Shown: positions 1 through 14,300 of the stretch, in pieces
Layout: every line of letters begins with the position of its first letter
How positions within the stretch are numbered: the first letter of the stretch is position 1
Assembly (NCBI GenBank): GCA_951406725.2
Contig: OX597817.1
Location: 107,570,001 to 107,634,000, forward strand
DNA: 64,000 nt
Direction: 5' to 3'
DNA from: Octopus vulgaris
Taxonomy: Eukaryota
The notes under the pieces: generated by a model
Told to the model about the DNA's origin: nothing
Seen by the model: the letters and a program-made list of their open reading frames with translations, nothing else
Database searches by the model: none
Translations under genes and position numbers: made by a program

Positions 1-267
1 CATCAGAGGTGTCTACATTTGACCAATATATCTGTACACATATGTATGTGTATAAGTATGAATATACATGTGTGTGTGTGTGTGTGTGTGTAGATATGTG
101 TGTATGTATGTATGTATAGGAATATAGATATTTATATGTATGTGTGTGTGTGTGTGTGTATATATATATACATATACACACAAAAATATATATCTCTATT
201 TTTACACACACACATAGATACGTGTGTATAGGAATATAGATATTTATTTATATATGTGTGTATATAT

Positions 268-2620
268 CATCATCATCATCATTGTTAAACGTCTGCTTTC
301 CATGCTGGCATGGGTTGGATGGTTTGACTGAGGACTGGTGAGCCAGATGGCTGCACCAAGCTCCAATCTGATCTGGCAGAGTTTCTACAGCTGGATGCCA
401 TTCCTAACACCAACCACTCTGAGAGTGTAGTGGGTGCTTTTGCATACTACTGGCACGAGGGCTAGTCAGATTGTGCTGGCATTGGCCACGCTCAAATGGT
501 ATTTTTTTACATGCCACCTGCACAGGAGCCAGTCCAGCGGCACTGGCAATGACCTCGCTCAAATGTTGTCTTTCATGTGTCTCCGACACAAATGCCAGTA
601 AGGCAACACTGGTAACGATTACGCTTGAATGGTGCTTTTTACGTGCCACCGTCATGGGAGCCAGTCAGTGGCCTTGGTAACGATCACGCTCGGATGGTGC
701 TCTTAGTGCTCCACTAGCACGGATGCCAATCAAGCAGTGGTGTCATCGAGTTTGATTTTGATTTCACTTGCCTCAACAGGTCTTCGCAAGCAGAGTTTAG
801 TGTCCAATGAAGGAAAGGTATGCATAAGTGGGCTGGTTACACCCCTGGCATAGGCCATGGGTTATGGTCTCACTTAGCTTGCTGGGTCTTCTCAAGCACA
901 GCATATTTCCAAAGGTTTTGGTCACTAGTCATTGCCTCGGTGAGGCCTAATGTTCGAAGGTTGTGCTTCACCACCTCATCCCAGGTCTTCCTGGGTCTAT
1001 CTCTTCCAGAGGTTCCCTCAACTGCTAAGGTGTAACACTTTTTCACACTGCTATCCTCATCCATTCTCACCACATGCCTATACCAGCGCAATCGTCTCTC
1101 TTGCACACCACATCTGATGCTTCATAGGTCCAACTTTTCTCTCAAGGCACTTACACTCTATCGAGTATGCACACTCACATTACACTTCCAGCAGAGCATA
1201 TTGGCTTCATTCCTTGCAAGCTTATGCATGTCCTCAGCAGTTACAGCCCATGTTTCACTGCCATGTAGCATGGCTGTTCATACACATGCGTCATACAGTC
1301 TACCTTTTACTCTGAGCGAGAGGCCCTTTGTCACCAGCAGAGGTAAGAGCTCTCTGAACTTTGCCCAGGCTATTCTTATTCTAGCAGCTACACTTTCAGA
1401 GCACCCCCAACCCCCCGCTACTGACTTGGTCACCTAGGTAATGGAAGCTATCAACTACTTCTAGTTTTTCTCCCTGGAATGTGGCAGAAGTTGTTCACTG
1501 CGCATTTTCAGTGTTTATTGCTCTTGAGCATCTGCCACATACAAAAACTATCTTCCCAGTTAGCCTTCCTTTGATATTGCTGCACCTCTTATGTGTCCAT
1601 AGCTTACACTGGGTACATCTTATAGAGTTTCTACCTATGCCTTTTCTACAGATCGAGCAGGGCCATCTACTTGAAGGGATTTGTGGTTTGCCTGCCTTCC
1701 TACTTATTAGGACTTTGGTTTTAGCTAGGTTGGCTGTAAGGCCCTTCGATACTAATCCTTGCTTCTACACCTGAAACTTCTCCTGTAATTCTGATAGTGA
1801 CTCAGCATTTAGAGCAAGCTCATCAGTATAGAGAAGTTCCCAGGGGCATCTTGTCTTGAATTCCTCTGTTATTGCCTGGAGGTCTATGATAAATAGGAGG
1901 GGCTGAGGACTGAACCTTGATAGACCCCTACTTCTACCTGAAATTCTTCAGTGTACTCATTGCCAACCCTCACCTTACTGACAGCATCCCTGTACATGGC
2001 TTGCACTGCTCTCACTAACCATTTCTATCCCTAGCTTCCTCATTGACCACCAGATAAGGGATCGGGGGACCCTGTCAAAGGCTTTCTCCATGTCAATGAA
2101 AGCCAGGTACAGAGGTTTATCTTTGGCTAGGTATTTTTCCTGCAGCTGTCTTACTAGAAATATAGCATCAGTGGTGCTTTTCCCTGGCACAAGCCCAAAC
2201 TGCATCTCATCTAAACTGACTCTCTTCCTAATTAGTTGGGTTATGACCCTCTCCATGACCTTCATTAGCTGATCCAACAACTTGATACCTCTGTAATTAT
2301 TTGTATCTAAACCATCATCTTTACCTTTGTAGCAGTTGACTATGGTGTTGCTACACCAGTCATTGGAGATGACTCCTTCATGTATCACCTGGTTAACTAT
2401 ACAGGTGACTAGGCTATAGCCGACACCGCCAGATATTTTGAGCTTCTCTGCGGTAATTCCTGATGGGCCAGGGGCTTTCCCTGTCTTCATACTCTTAATT
2501 GCTTTATCTACAAAGGTACTGTCAATTCTGATAGCTGGTCCCTCTGTTGGGTCAACATTTGGCAGACTCTCTCCCATTCATTCTCTTTATTGAGCAACCT
2601 TTCATAGTAGCGTCTCCAAT
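268..2620 (-). mobile_element. 5'-truncated RTE-clade LINE (RT domain, C-terminus, 3' UTR and (GAT)n tail), frameshifted
   Basis: ORF 1975-2577 has MKTGKAPGPSGI, YKGK...NYRGIKLL, QFG, FIDMEKAFDRVPR. The catalytic motif is degenerated to ELLYTDEL near 1815-1845. ORF 870-1106 has the RTE C-terminus RRLRWYRHVVRM...GRDRPRKTW. (CAT)n at about 268-281 is the tail. No endonuclease domain. Confidence 0.92.
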
Positions 2621-2657
2621 ACATATGTGTGAAATATATATATATATATATATATAT

Positions 2658-3043
2658 ATTTTAAAATTATAAGTATCTGAAAGAATGGAGTTGAACGACT
2701 AGTTAACAAATATCCTTTATTTCGACATATGTTTCGAAGGCTGCATATTCCTAATTCCGAAAATCAAGGAAACTTATGTCGACATCAAAATGCACAAAAG
2801 ACTTTTAGCTGACCACGATATATTTATCGCCATGGGCTCCTTAAGAGCGGTCAGCTAAAAGTTTTTTGTGCATTTTGATGTCGACATAAGTTTCCTTGAT
2901 TTTCCTGAAGAGAAATCTGCATAATGTACTCCTTATTCCTTTGGAATTAGGAATATGCAGCCTTCGAAACATATGTCGAGAATAAAGGATATTTGTTAAC
3001 TAGTCGTTCAACTCCATTCTTTCAGATACTTATAATTTAAAAA
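2658..3043. repeat. Foldback (inverted repeat) containing a hammerhead ribozyme, probably a PLE pseudo-LTR
   Basis: Arm 2658-2814 is the reverse complement of 2849-3043 except for 38 bp (2905-2942) present only in the right arm. Spacer 34 bp. (TA)n lies directly left and at about 3190, roughly 150 bp past the right arm. Confidence 0.9.
2899..2983 (+). ncRNA. Type I hammerhead ribozyme, core intact
   Basis: Stem I attttc/gagaat; CTGAAGA 2905-2911; stem II gaa..ctgcata/tatgcag..ttc; GAAA 2966-2969; palindromic stem III ACATATGT; predicted GUC cleavage after 2977. Confidence 0.8.
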
Positions 3044-3186
3044 TAAACATACAAATTTCCGCACGAAGACACGTAGTCTATGCCCTAGCGACGTAGCTTC
3101 AACCGTGTTCTTTCTGATGTGAATTTGCTACCCAGGTATCAGTTATCTTTCGAATTATCCTTAATAAGATAATTCATTCAATTATT

Positions 3187-3236
<50 letters not shown>

Positions 3237-3464
3237 GGTTTAGTTCACTAGTGATGTAAATGACTAGGTAAGCTGGGGAAGTGCTGTAACAGATTACTAG
3301 GGCTCCAAGGTTATAGCCAAGACAGTAGTTATGGAGCCATTGCAGATTTCCGATATAACGGATATATAATTGTTAAAGAGGACAATTTTTTCCAATAATA
3401 ATAATAATGTATATGACTTGAGATATTTGCCTTGCCTTAACGTTTGTTGCCCTCTTTAACAATT

Positions 3465-4091
<627 letters not shown>

Positions 4092-4142
4092 GTACTTGTT
4101 TCAGTCATTTGACTGCGGCCATGCTGGAGCACCGCCTTTAGA

Positions 4143-4307
4143 GTGGTGAAAGAGTACAGCAGGGATCACCACCATCCCCTGCCGGAGCCTCGTGGAGCTT
4201 TTAGGTGTTTTCGCTCAATAAACACACACAACGCCCGGTCTGGGAATCGAAACCGCGATCCTCCGACCGCAAGTCCGCTGCCCTAACCACTGGGCCATTG
4301 CGCCTCC
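4143..4307 (-). mobile_element. tRNA-derived SINE, 5' part, CpG-rich
   Basis: Minus strand reads GGAGGCGCAATGGCCCAGTGGTTAGGGCAGCGGAC...GGTTTCGATTCCC (A and B boxes). Similar to 40174-40469. Confidence 0.8.
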
Positions 4308-5305
4308 TATATATATATGTGTATATATATATATATGTGTATATATATATGTGTGTATATATATGTGTGTATATATATATGTGTGTATATATATGTGTGT
4401 ATATATATATGTGTATATATATATGTGTATATATATATGTGTATATATATATGTGTATATATATATATATGTGTATATATATATGTGTATATATATATGT
4501 GTATATATATATATATGTGTATATATATATATATGTGTATATATATATGTGTATATATATATGTGTATATATATATGTATATATATATATGTGTATATAT
4601 ATATGTGTATATATATATGTGTATGTGTATATATATATGTGTATATATATATATGTGTATATATATATGTGTGTATATATATATGTGTGTATATATATAT
4701 ATATATATGTGTGTATATATATATATATGTGTGTATATATGTATATATGTGTGTATATATATATATGTATATATATATATATGTGTGTATATATATATAT
4801 ATGTGTGTGTGTATATATATATATATGTGTATATATATATATGTTTGTATATATATATATGTTTGTATATATATATATATGTGTATATATATATATATAT
4901 TTGTATATATATATATGTTTGTATATGTGTATATATATATATATATGTTTGTATATATATATATGTTTGTATATATATATATGTTTGTATATATATATAT
5001 GTATATATATTTGTATATATATATGTTTGTATATATATATATGTATATATATTTGTATATATATATATATTTGTATATATATATGTTTTTATATATATAT
5101 ATATATATATCTGTGTATATATATATATATCTGTGTGTATATATATATATATATTTGTATATATATATATATTTGTATATATATATGTTTGTATATATAT
5201 ATATATTTGTATATATATATGTTTGTGTATATATATATATATATATCTATATATATATATATATCTGTGTATATATATATATATCTGTGTATATATATAT
5301 ATATA

Positions 5306-5388
<83 letters not shown>

Positions 5389-5421
5389 ATATATATATAT
5401 ATGTGTGTATGTATATATGTG

Positions 5422-5453
<32 letters not shown>

Positions 5454-5543
5454 TGTGTGTGTATATATATGTGTATATATATATATATCTGTGTATATAT
5501 ATATATATCTGTGTATATATATATCTGTGTATATATATATATA

Positions 5544-5604
<61 letters not shown>

Positions 5605-5776
5605 GTGTATATATATATATATATATCTGTGTATATATATATATATATATCTGTGTATATATATATATCTGTGTATATATATATATATATATCTGTGTAT
5701 ATATATATATCTGTGTATATATATATATATCTGTATATATATCTATATATATATATATATCTGTGTGTGTATATAT
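4308..5776. repeat. About 1.47-kb compound (TA)n microsatellite with TGTG/TTTG/TCTGTG interruptions
   Basis: Seen directly; explains the 486-626 aa low-complexity ORFs. Confidence 0.98.
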
Positions 5777-6008
5777 CATCATCATCGTTTAACGTCCGTT
5801 TTCCGCGCTAGCACGGGTTGGACGGTTTCGACTGGGGTCTGGGGAGCTCGGGACTGCCCCAGGCTCCAGTCTAGTCTGGCAGTGTTTCTACAGCTGGATG
5901 CCCTTCCTAACGCCAACCACTCCGCGAGTGTAGTGGGTGTTTTTTACGTGCCACCTGCACAGGTGCCAGAGGGGTCTGGCATCGGCCACGTTCGGATGGT
6001 GCTTTTTA
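5777..6008 (-). mobile_element. RTE 3'-UTR-like repeat with (GAT)n tail
   Basis: Same sequence as 268-500 (catcatcgtttaacgtccg...ggatgcccttcctaacgccaaccac). Further copies near 9470-9830 (-), 29520-29780 (+), 37095-37270 (-), 62420-62840 (-). Confidence 0.8.
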
Positions 6009-6009
6009 T

Positions 6010-7420
6010 GTGGGGGGGTGTGCAGAAATATATAGGGGAGCACCAGTGGGGAGGGGTGGTTCAGAGAAATGATGACAGGTTCTAGGCAAGTAGAACGTAG
6101 GATATCAAGAGAGGGGTAATGCATGGTGAAATAGCATGTTGAAGAGGGGGGTTCGAAGCGTAGACACCTATAATGGTGGTGGGAGAAGCGACATCCGGTA
6201 TAGATGGAACAAAAATATAGAGATATCCGGTATTGGTGGTGGGGGTGGGCAAGGGCGGGTGCACCGGGAATATGCGAATGTTGAACTTTAGAGAAATGGG
6301 CGGGAATGGCGATGTTTTTAGGGTGGCATGTAGAAAGAAAAGGAAAGCAAAAAGCAGATTGGTGGTTATAAGTTCAAAACATTTAAACGGTAGACAAATG
6401 TATGTATGTATGAAAAAAGAAGGGAGAAATCTTAGCCTGCTCATGGACATCGCTGTAAGCCAGGGGAAGAAATGATAGTGAATGGTGGAGATCGAATTAA
6501 AGGGAACATGCGAAGGTTGAACTTTTAGAGAAATATATATATACACACACACACATCTACATATTAAGAAAGCAATAAGCAAAGAATAAAAACAACACGG
6601 AGGGGACAAATTTTATTGTCTCTTAAAGAGAAGGGTGAGAGTCTTGACATTTTGGATGCTATTCCTTCATCAGGAGAAAGAAAGAAAACACAAAATAGAT
6701 GAGAATGAACGAGGATAAGTGTTTGCAGAAAAAGAAAATGGAATAGTTAGGGGTCAGGTAGGAATGTGGTTTGGTGAGGGGAGTTAGGAAGGGAGGTGGG
6801 GGTCGAGTGACGTGAGAATATGTATGAGTGTATCCTTGTATGGAGATGAGCATAGGGGAATTATGTATGTTTGTATGGAGTGTGTGGAAGTCTGCAAGTA
6901 TGGGGGTGTACTAGCATGGAGTTATGGTTTGTAGGAAGAAGTGTTGTAACATTAATATTATTGCATGTGAAAGGAAGGTGAGGAGAGTATCGAGGTAGGT
7001 GGAGAACAGATCAGTGGAGCAGTTACAAGCAAATTCAATAGGGCATCCGAAGCTTTTGGGCTCGTGGATATTTGGAATGAAACAGATGATGGGTGTAGGG
7101 TGTGTGTGTGTGGGGGGTTTGGAGGATATGGTGGATGATAGATGTTTGTAGCAGGGGTAAGATCAAGGGGCATTGGATGATAGAAGGGGAGCTTCTGGAG
7201 CTGGTGCATGGCTTCAGTTCTGGAGAGGTCAGTTCACTGCACTTGTCAGCTGGTTTGATGATGGTGGGAGTGGTGAGTTTGGATTGAATGCTGTTGAAGG
7301 TTAAAGTGGTAGGCATCAGCAAATAATTCCAGAGTACTAAACTGGCTAGGGTTCAATGTGCAGTGTGATAGTTCATAACTTAATTTGCTGGAGCAATTGG
7401 AGGCTGTTGGCACCAGAAGG
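6010..7420 (-). mobile_element. Decayed Penelope-like retroelement (RT region)
   Basis: Minus-strand translations in the expected order: IIKPADK (about 7256; cf. PLE IKPADKG), FIPNIHEP (cf. LPKIHKP), GCPIEFACNCSTDL (cf. GRPIVS-C-CPTE), then thumb/linker-like sequence. Many stops and frameshifts. Confidence 0.7.
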
Positions 7421-7642
7421 ATATTATGAAGAAGGTGATGGCTGGTGAGAAGGAAAAGAGGAGTGGGAGAAGTAGGAGAGTGGGGAAGTGTGGGAAGGGC
7501 AGGAGAAGGCGGTGGATGAAGCATGAATGAGTGAACAAGGAGAGAAGTGGGAGGACCTGGGAAGTGAGAAAAGTAGAATGAAAAGAAGAAAGGTGGTTGT
7601 GGGATATGTATATGAATGTGTGTGTGTGTACATATATATAGA

Positions 7643-7676
<34 letters not shown>

Positions 7677-8409
7677 GATGTGTATGTGTGTATATATATA
7701 TATATATGTATGTATGTGTGTGTGTGTGTGTATATATATATATGTGTGTGTGTGTGTATATATATATATATGTGTATGTATGTGTGTGTGTGTATATATA
7801 TATATATATGTATATAGATGTGTGTTTGTGTGCATATATATAGATGTGCATGTATGTGTGTGCGTGTGCGCATATGTGTATATATGAGTGTATGTGTACT
7901 TGTGTTGATATATATGTATATGCATATATACGTGTGTGTGTATATATATATATATATGTCTTGTATATATGTGTGTATCTGTGAGTGAATACATACATAT
8001 ATGTATCTGTGTATGTGTGTGAATATATAAGGATAAAAGCAATCAATTTTCATAATTAGAAAAAAGCAAGTCATCATAATCTTATCACAAAACTAAATTT
8101 TAGATACAAAAACAATTGTTTTCAACTATTTCTGATTTCTTTTTTTTTCATCATTTTCATTCCCATAATCAAGCATAAACTTAATACTGAATGAATAGCT
8201 TAAGAATTAATTAAGAGTGGAATGATTAAAATGGGAAATGTTTTACTGAATATTAATTGAACATGTAAAAATAAAGTTTTAAAAAAAATGTGTTGGTAAT
8301 ATATTATTTTTGTTTTGATGCTGAAAAATAATTTTTTCCCTGTGGAAATGTGCTGATCATCACTAAAATTTGATAATTGTTTAGTGAATTTATTTATTTA
8401 TTTTTTTGT

Positions 8410-8651
8410 TTGTTTTTACTTGTTTCAGTCATTGGACTGTGGCTGTGCTGGAGCACTGCTTTGAAAGTTTTTTGTTTAACAAATTGACTCCAGTGCTTAT
8501 TTTCAAAAGCCTGGTACTTATTCTAATGTTTTTTTTTTTTTTTACTGAACTGCTATGTTACAGGGAAGTAAACGAACCAACATTGGTTGCCAAGCGATTG
8601 TGAGAGACAAAGACACATACACACACTTATATTCATACATATATACATATG

Positions 8652-8689
<38 letters not shown>

Positions 8690-8756
8690 ACCCATGACAA
8701 TATGGAAGGTGGATGTTAAACAATGATGATGATGATGATACACACATGCACACACA

Positions 8757-8793
<37 letters not shown>

Positions 8794-8930
8794 GGAAAAT
8801 AGATGTTAAATGATGATGATGATATATATAATACATGATGGGCTTTCTTCAATTTCTGTTGGCCAAGTCCACTCTCAAGGCTTTGGTTAATCCAGGATAT
8901 AGCAAAGGACACTTGCCTAAAGTACCCTGC
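8410..8930 (-). mobile_element. Abundant SINE family with internal (CA)/(TA) microsatellite
   Basis: Recurring motif tacttgtttcagtcatt(t/g)gactg(c/t)ggcc atgctggagca. Related pieces near 17230-17440, 27060-27215, 28075-28305, 31285-31480, 39185-39330, 43975-44120, 47520-47650, 48660-49290, 49340-49530 (+), 54420-54650 (+). Confidence 0.75.
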
Positions 8931-10768
8931 AACTATGTTCTTAACTTTTCTGACCAATTCCACTTGTTGTTTGTTTATAGGATTGACTCTCATCTCTGAT
9001 TTTCTGTAGCTAAAATCCTAATATGTTTACTGTAGAATATGCTCAAATACCATGTTGGTAAATAACAAACTTTAATTATTTTTAATTAGTACTTTGTCAG
9101 TATTCTTTAGTTGATAATTCTAAAGTAATAAATATTACCATGGCAGCAATAACTCCTTATTGTTATATCAATTATTGATTTCTGTATGTGGTAGCTTGTG
9201 AGATGATCTCATTGAATCCTTTTGGTCAATGGGGTATAGAAAAACAGGGTATATTTTCAGGAAATGTTACTTTTGCATTTGTATAGTATTTTTATTTGCT
9301 TTATATTTTCTACATTATTTATAAACATAGCACATTATTATTTAAAAATTTATCATTATAAAATGATTTTCACTCAAATTTGCTTTATAAAGTTCAGTGT
9401 ATTCTACCCATATGCCAGGGGTAGAATCATTATCTTTATGTTTGTTTTCTATGCTGGCATTAGTTTTATGGTTCAACAGGAGCTGGCAAACCAGAGGACT
9501 TTGCCATGCCCCAATATCTGCTTTGGCATGATTTTAACAGATGGATGCCCTTCCTAATGCCAACCACTTTACAGAGTGTACTGAGTGCTTTTTACGTGGC
9601 ACCAGCATGAGTGAAGTCACTAAGTAACTCATAAATCAAGACCCCTTGACTGAAGGGTGTATTATTGAGACAAGTGGCTTTATGCCAGGTGATGAGGGGT
9701 TAAAGTATAATAGAAGGATTGGAATAAGTGTCTTGCTGTAGAAGAGATACTTGGCTAGCCCAGTTAGAAAAGAGAGAAGATGGTGGTGAAGATGTGTCTG
9801 GGCATACAGTCAAGTTGTAGGAAGGTGGAATATAAGAGAAGTGGTACAGAGAGGTAAACAGAGTAGAAAAAAACTATTTTTTTATCTTGAATGGAAGTTT
9901 GTTATACAAAGTTATTACCATTTAGAACCAATCATACTAAGTATCAAGGTAAATTTCTTGAAAGGTTAATTCTGTTTTTAAATAAACATCTTGTATCTTG
10001 TATCATAACTGTTTAAAACAATAGTTTTTAATTTTTTATACATATTTTATGTTCAGTTTTCAGTCATCAGGTTGTTTTAATTGTATGTTTTAAATATGAA
10101 TTGTGTTGATCTCACTAATCTTGGATGACCTGCACAGAGAGCTTGAGAGAGTGCTTCCCAGCTTTCAGCTTATTGGCACTGATAGTGCAGTAGATCATTG
10201 TTTAACATCTCATCTGGCATCTCTGATTCTTCTATGTCCGTTATATTTAGTGCTTCAAACAGTGTTTGAATCAGCACAAAAATAGAATGGGATTTAATTT
10301 GTTTTAAATGGATTTAAGAACTGACTTTATACCTAAGTATAAAAAGTTAAATGAAACTTTAAATTATGCGGGAAACCTGCTGATTTTACTTCTCTCTCTC
10401 TCTTTTTTTCTCCATTTAGTGTCAGCAATACCATCTCTGTTACAACTACTTCCATAACTACCAACTGTCCTTTTTTTTTATTATTAATGTTACTTACAAT
10501 GTCTCAAATGGTAGAAATGAACATGCAATTGTACAAGATGTTGATATGAAGAATATTTATGATAGTCAGGACATCCTCTTATCCTAATTATGTTAAACTG
10601 TGATTTCAGGCTTAAAACATTGTTTTTATTAAGGGGATGAGACTTACGATTATGGTATACATTAGTGAATTCTTTCACTATTACTAATTTTTGTCTGACT
10701 TTCATTATTGTATGCTGATATAAGGCAGCAAGTGGGCAGAGTTGTTAGTATGCTGGACAGAATACTTA

Positions 10769-11392
10769 ATATAAGGTATTGGTGTATCTCGGGCGACATA
10801 GTTGTGATCTAGTAATAACCATTGGAAAATCTGATGAAGGATTATAGATCTGAAAGCACTTACTTAACCAATCAACCCAAGAACTAGCGACAAGGACATA
10901 CACAGACCACATGCTACCAGTAGGTTCCCTTTATGTATGTATGTATGTGTGTGTGTCTGTCTGTCTGTCTGTTTCTCTATCCATCCATCCATCTACCTCC
11001 CTAGCTCTCAAAAGAACTGTTAGACCTTTTGAACTTTTGAAAATTTAAAGAAAAAACTTTCTGGGATTTTTAAATGAGGATTTCCCAGAGCTTCCTCACT
11101 GTTCATATAATTTATCAAAACCTTTCACACTACCTCAGCTTCTTGTCATCTTTTCATTTTTAATTTAAAAAATTTTTCATTTTGTGATTTTTCTACATTT
11201 TCTATTGTTTTTTCTTTGTTGTTCAATTCTGTCATCTTTCATTCTTAGCTTTTGGTTTCCCCATTGCTAATTGCTACTTCTCAAGTGTCACTTCCTTCTA
11301 CCTGTTCCTCCTAACTTAGCTTTACTTCTCTTAGCCTAGCACCCCTTCTCACCAACCTACTACAGTGTTATCCTGTTATCTCTCTGTACTAA
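10769..11392 (+). mobile_element. HHR-motif-bearing insertion that splits a SINE
   Basis: SINE head 10723-10768 resumes at 11393. Candidate TSD aatactta/aatgctta. Inside: CTGATGA-A-GGAT(tatag)ATCT-GAAA at 10831-10855. Confidence 0.5.
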
Positions 11393-14300
11393 AATGCTTA
11401 GTAGCATTTTTCTGACTATGTTCTGAGGTTGACATTGCCTGGGTCAATAAACTAGATACCAGTCAAGCACTGGAGTTGATGTAATCGACCAGCCTCCTTC
11501 CTTCCTTCAAGGTTGCTGGCCTTGCGCCAAAATTAGAAAGAATTATATACTGATATATTTAGTTGTTATACTCACAGTATTGCTATCATTCTAACCTCTG
11601 CTTTTCTTCAGGTATCTTCAGGTATCTTTCTTAATGTACCCATAGGGTTATACCCATGGGGTTAAATATACTCATGGGATTATTATATTATCTGCATCAG
11701 GGTTATTTTTTACACAATGGAATATCTTTGATCTGGACAAAGGAAGGAGAACAATCTATCTCTGTATATTTAATAAAAGGTTCAATTTGAAATTCCAAGA
11801 ATGTTACTTAATACAGAAAGCACCTGGAGAATGCTAGAAGGAACAACAGTTGAAATTTGTGACTGAACAACCAAGATGGAGAACCTAGTCTGAATATGTC
11901 TACTTACTTATTAAAATTTATTTGAATTAGAATAACTACTTATTTTTTAAATGTCGGGGTCTCAAAGCGACGAAAATATTTTGACAAATTAAATTTAAAT
12001 GTTGAAGTGAATCTAACGGTTTTTGTGCGTTTCTTAAATGGCTTATAAACACCTTCCACGCTGCAATAGTTTTCGTTCCTGCACATGATCTCAGATCAGG
12101 TCACTTGCTATGCAAGTACATCTCTAATCATTTTTAAAAATCTTCTACTTATTATGTTAAATCTTCTACTTATTAGGACTGTTGTGATATGGTGTGTAGT
12201 AGACTTATTTGGAAAAACCTGGTTAGTTTCATGATAAAACAGTATCTTTTGTTTGCAAAATCTGTTAGATTACTCTATTTGTTAGTGAGATTTTTAGGAA
12301 AATAGTGGTAGCGTTGCTGGAAGGACATCTGAAAAGATTGGATTAAAAATAGAGTAAAACAACATGAAGAATGTATAGTAAGCTGTATTGAGAATTAAAA
12401 GTATTAAGTTTTATTTACATAAGGTAGTGAGGACATGTTGTTTCAATGGATGGTAGTTTGGTGCAGTTGTTAAAGAAGAAAACTTGAAAAGAATGAAATT
12501 AGTTGTGATTTGAAAGCATTTATGTTGACTAACAGGCAATAAGTCAAGACAGGTCAATGAGAAAATTTGCGATTTAGTAGACCACCTTACTTGTGATACT
12601 GTAAGGGAATCAAAGTTTGGTTCATGGCCAACTGTAAGAACATTTTCTTTTAATCATTTTAAGAATTCATATTTGAAACACAGCCAAAAGGCTTCTTTGT
12701 GGCCATTGAAACTATATCAGCATTATCTATTATCATTGTTATCCATACATCAGAGTGAGTTTGGTGGGAGTTCTCAGTGAGCCAGGAACTCTGGTTAACT
12801 AAAAAGAATTTTTATACCAAACACAATATGATAACTGTGCTATCTTATATACTACCACGTATCATGCACTCCATTAGGTCACAATACCTTTTGTTCATAT
12901 AATCCTCATTGTAAATTTGAATAAGAATTTCTCATGAAATCATGCCATTTCTCCTTCAAAATTACAAGATTGTTTACTTTATTAAATGTATTATTTCTTG
13001 ACATAATACATACATTGAGCCTGTTAACTGGTTTTGTTTTTCACTTGAAACAATTTCAATTATGTTGTTAATACCTTTGCATATGGATTCTCAATGTTGC
13101 AATTGTCAGTTCTCTCTCCTAAAAATTACAACTATTCTCCCTAAAGATTGGTGATTACAAAATGCAAAGCAGTAAATGGAGACATCTGATGCTTGATGAC
13201 CAAATTTGTATAAGACATATATAACAATAATAATAAGTAAATTACACGCATGATGGTACTGTCATGCCTGTGTGGTTAAGAAGTTTGCTTTATAACCATA
13301 TGATTCTTCTACCATAGACTCTGGTGCTCTGAGTAGGATTTAAAAGATGGAAACTCTGCAGATGTCTGCTGTGTGTGCACAGGCAAGGTGATGGCCTGTA
13401 AATTATTGAGTTCAGCAGAAAGGACCATGTGATGCTTAAGTATTAAGTTATATGGCGTTAGAAGGATTTAACTAATCAGTAAAAAACACATTGATTGAAT
13501 AAGTATCTGGTAAAATACTGGAATTGTTGTAGCCTAAAGACTGAAGACCAGTAAAAGAATAGAATTATCCTGCTGTGTTTTTGTTACATAATTCTTAATG
13601 AAGTTTGATCTGTTGTAGCTTTGAAAATTGCAGGGCAATATCTCTTCAGAAGATTAACAACTATTATAATTAATCAGTCTCAGCATTGGTTTAATGTACA
13701 GTTTTGTATATAGTTGAACTACAATTCAGTGCATCAGGCTTTCTTGTGTTATTTAATCTGAGAGTTGTAACATTCTGAGTTCACATAAAACATAAAACCT
13801 GATGCTAAGTTTTCTGTGATCACTGTCTCCTTCCAATATTCTATATAACTTTTCCATGCTATGTTTTTGTTAATTTGCATTATATATTAATACCATTAGC
13901 CATGCCAATCACTTTTTCAGTTCATCCTTAAGATCTTTGGTGGAAAATATTCTTAATAATGGTAATAATTCAGCACTGTTTGCCATCACCATTGAAAGAA
14001 AAGAGAAATACTTTGCCACTTTTTGTCTTTATTCTTAATATTCAATACTATCAGACAGGGTGTTAGATGGCAGAATTAGTACAACTTAGACAAAATGCCT
14101 TGCAAAATGTTCTGATGTATTATCAAATCAAACCAAAGTTAACATTATTTTTCATCCTTTGGGGTCCAATAGGATTAATATTATTCAAGTACTTCCATCA
14201 ATCTAATTGACTAAACTTCTCTTACAAAAATCATCATCATTGCCACTTGGTGTTTTTCTTTCCTTTAAAGATAAATTTTTATTAGATTATTTATCTACTA

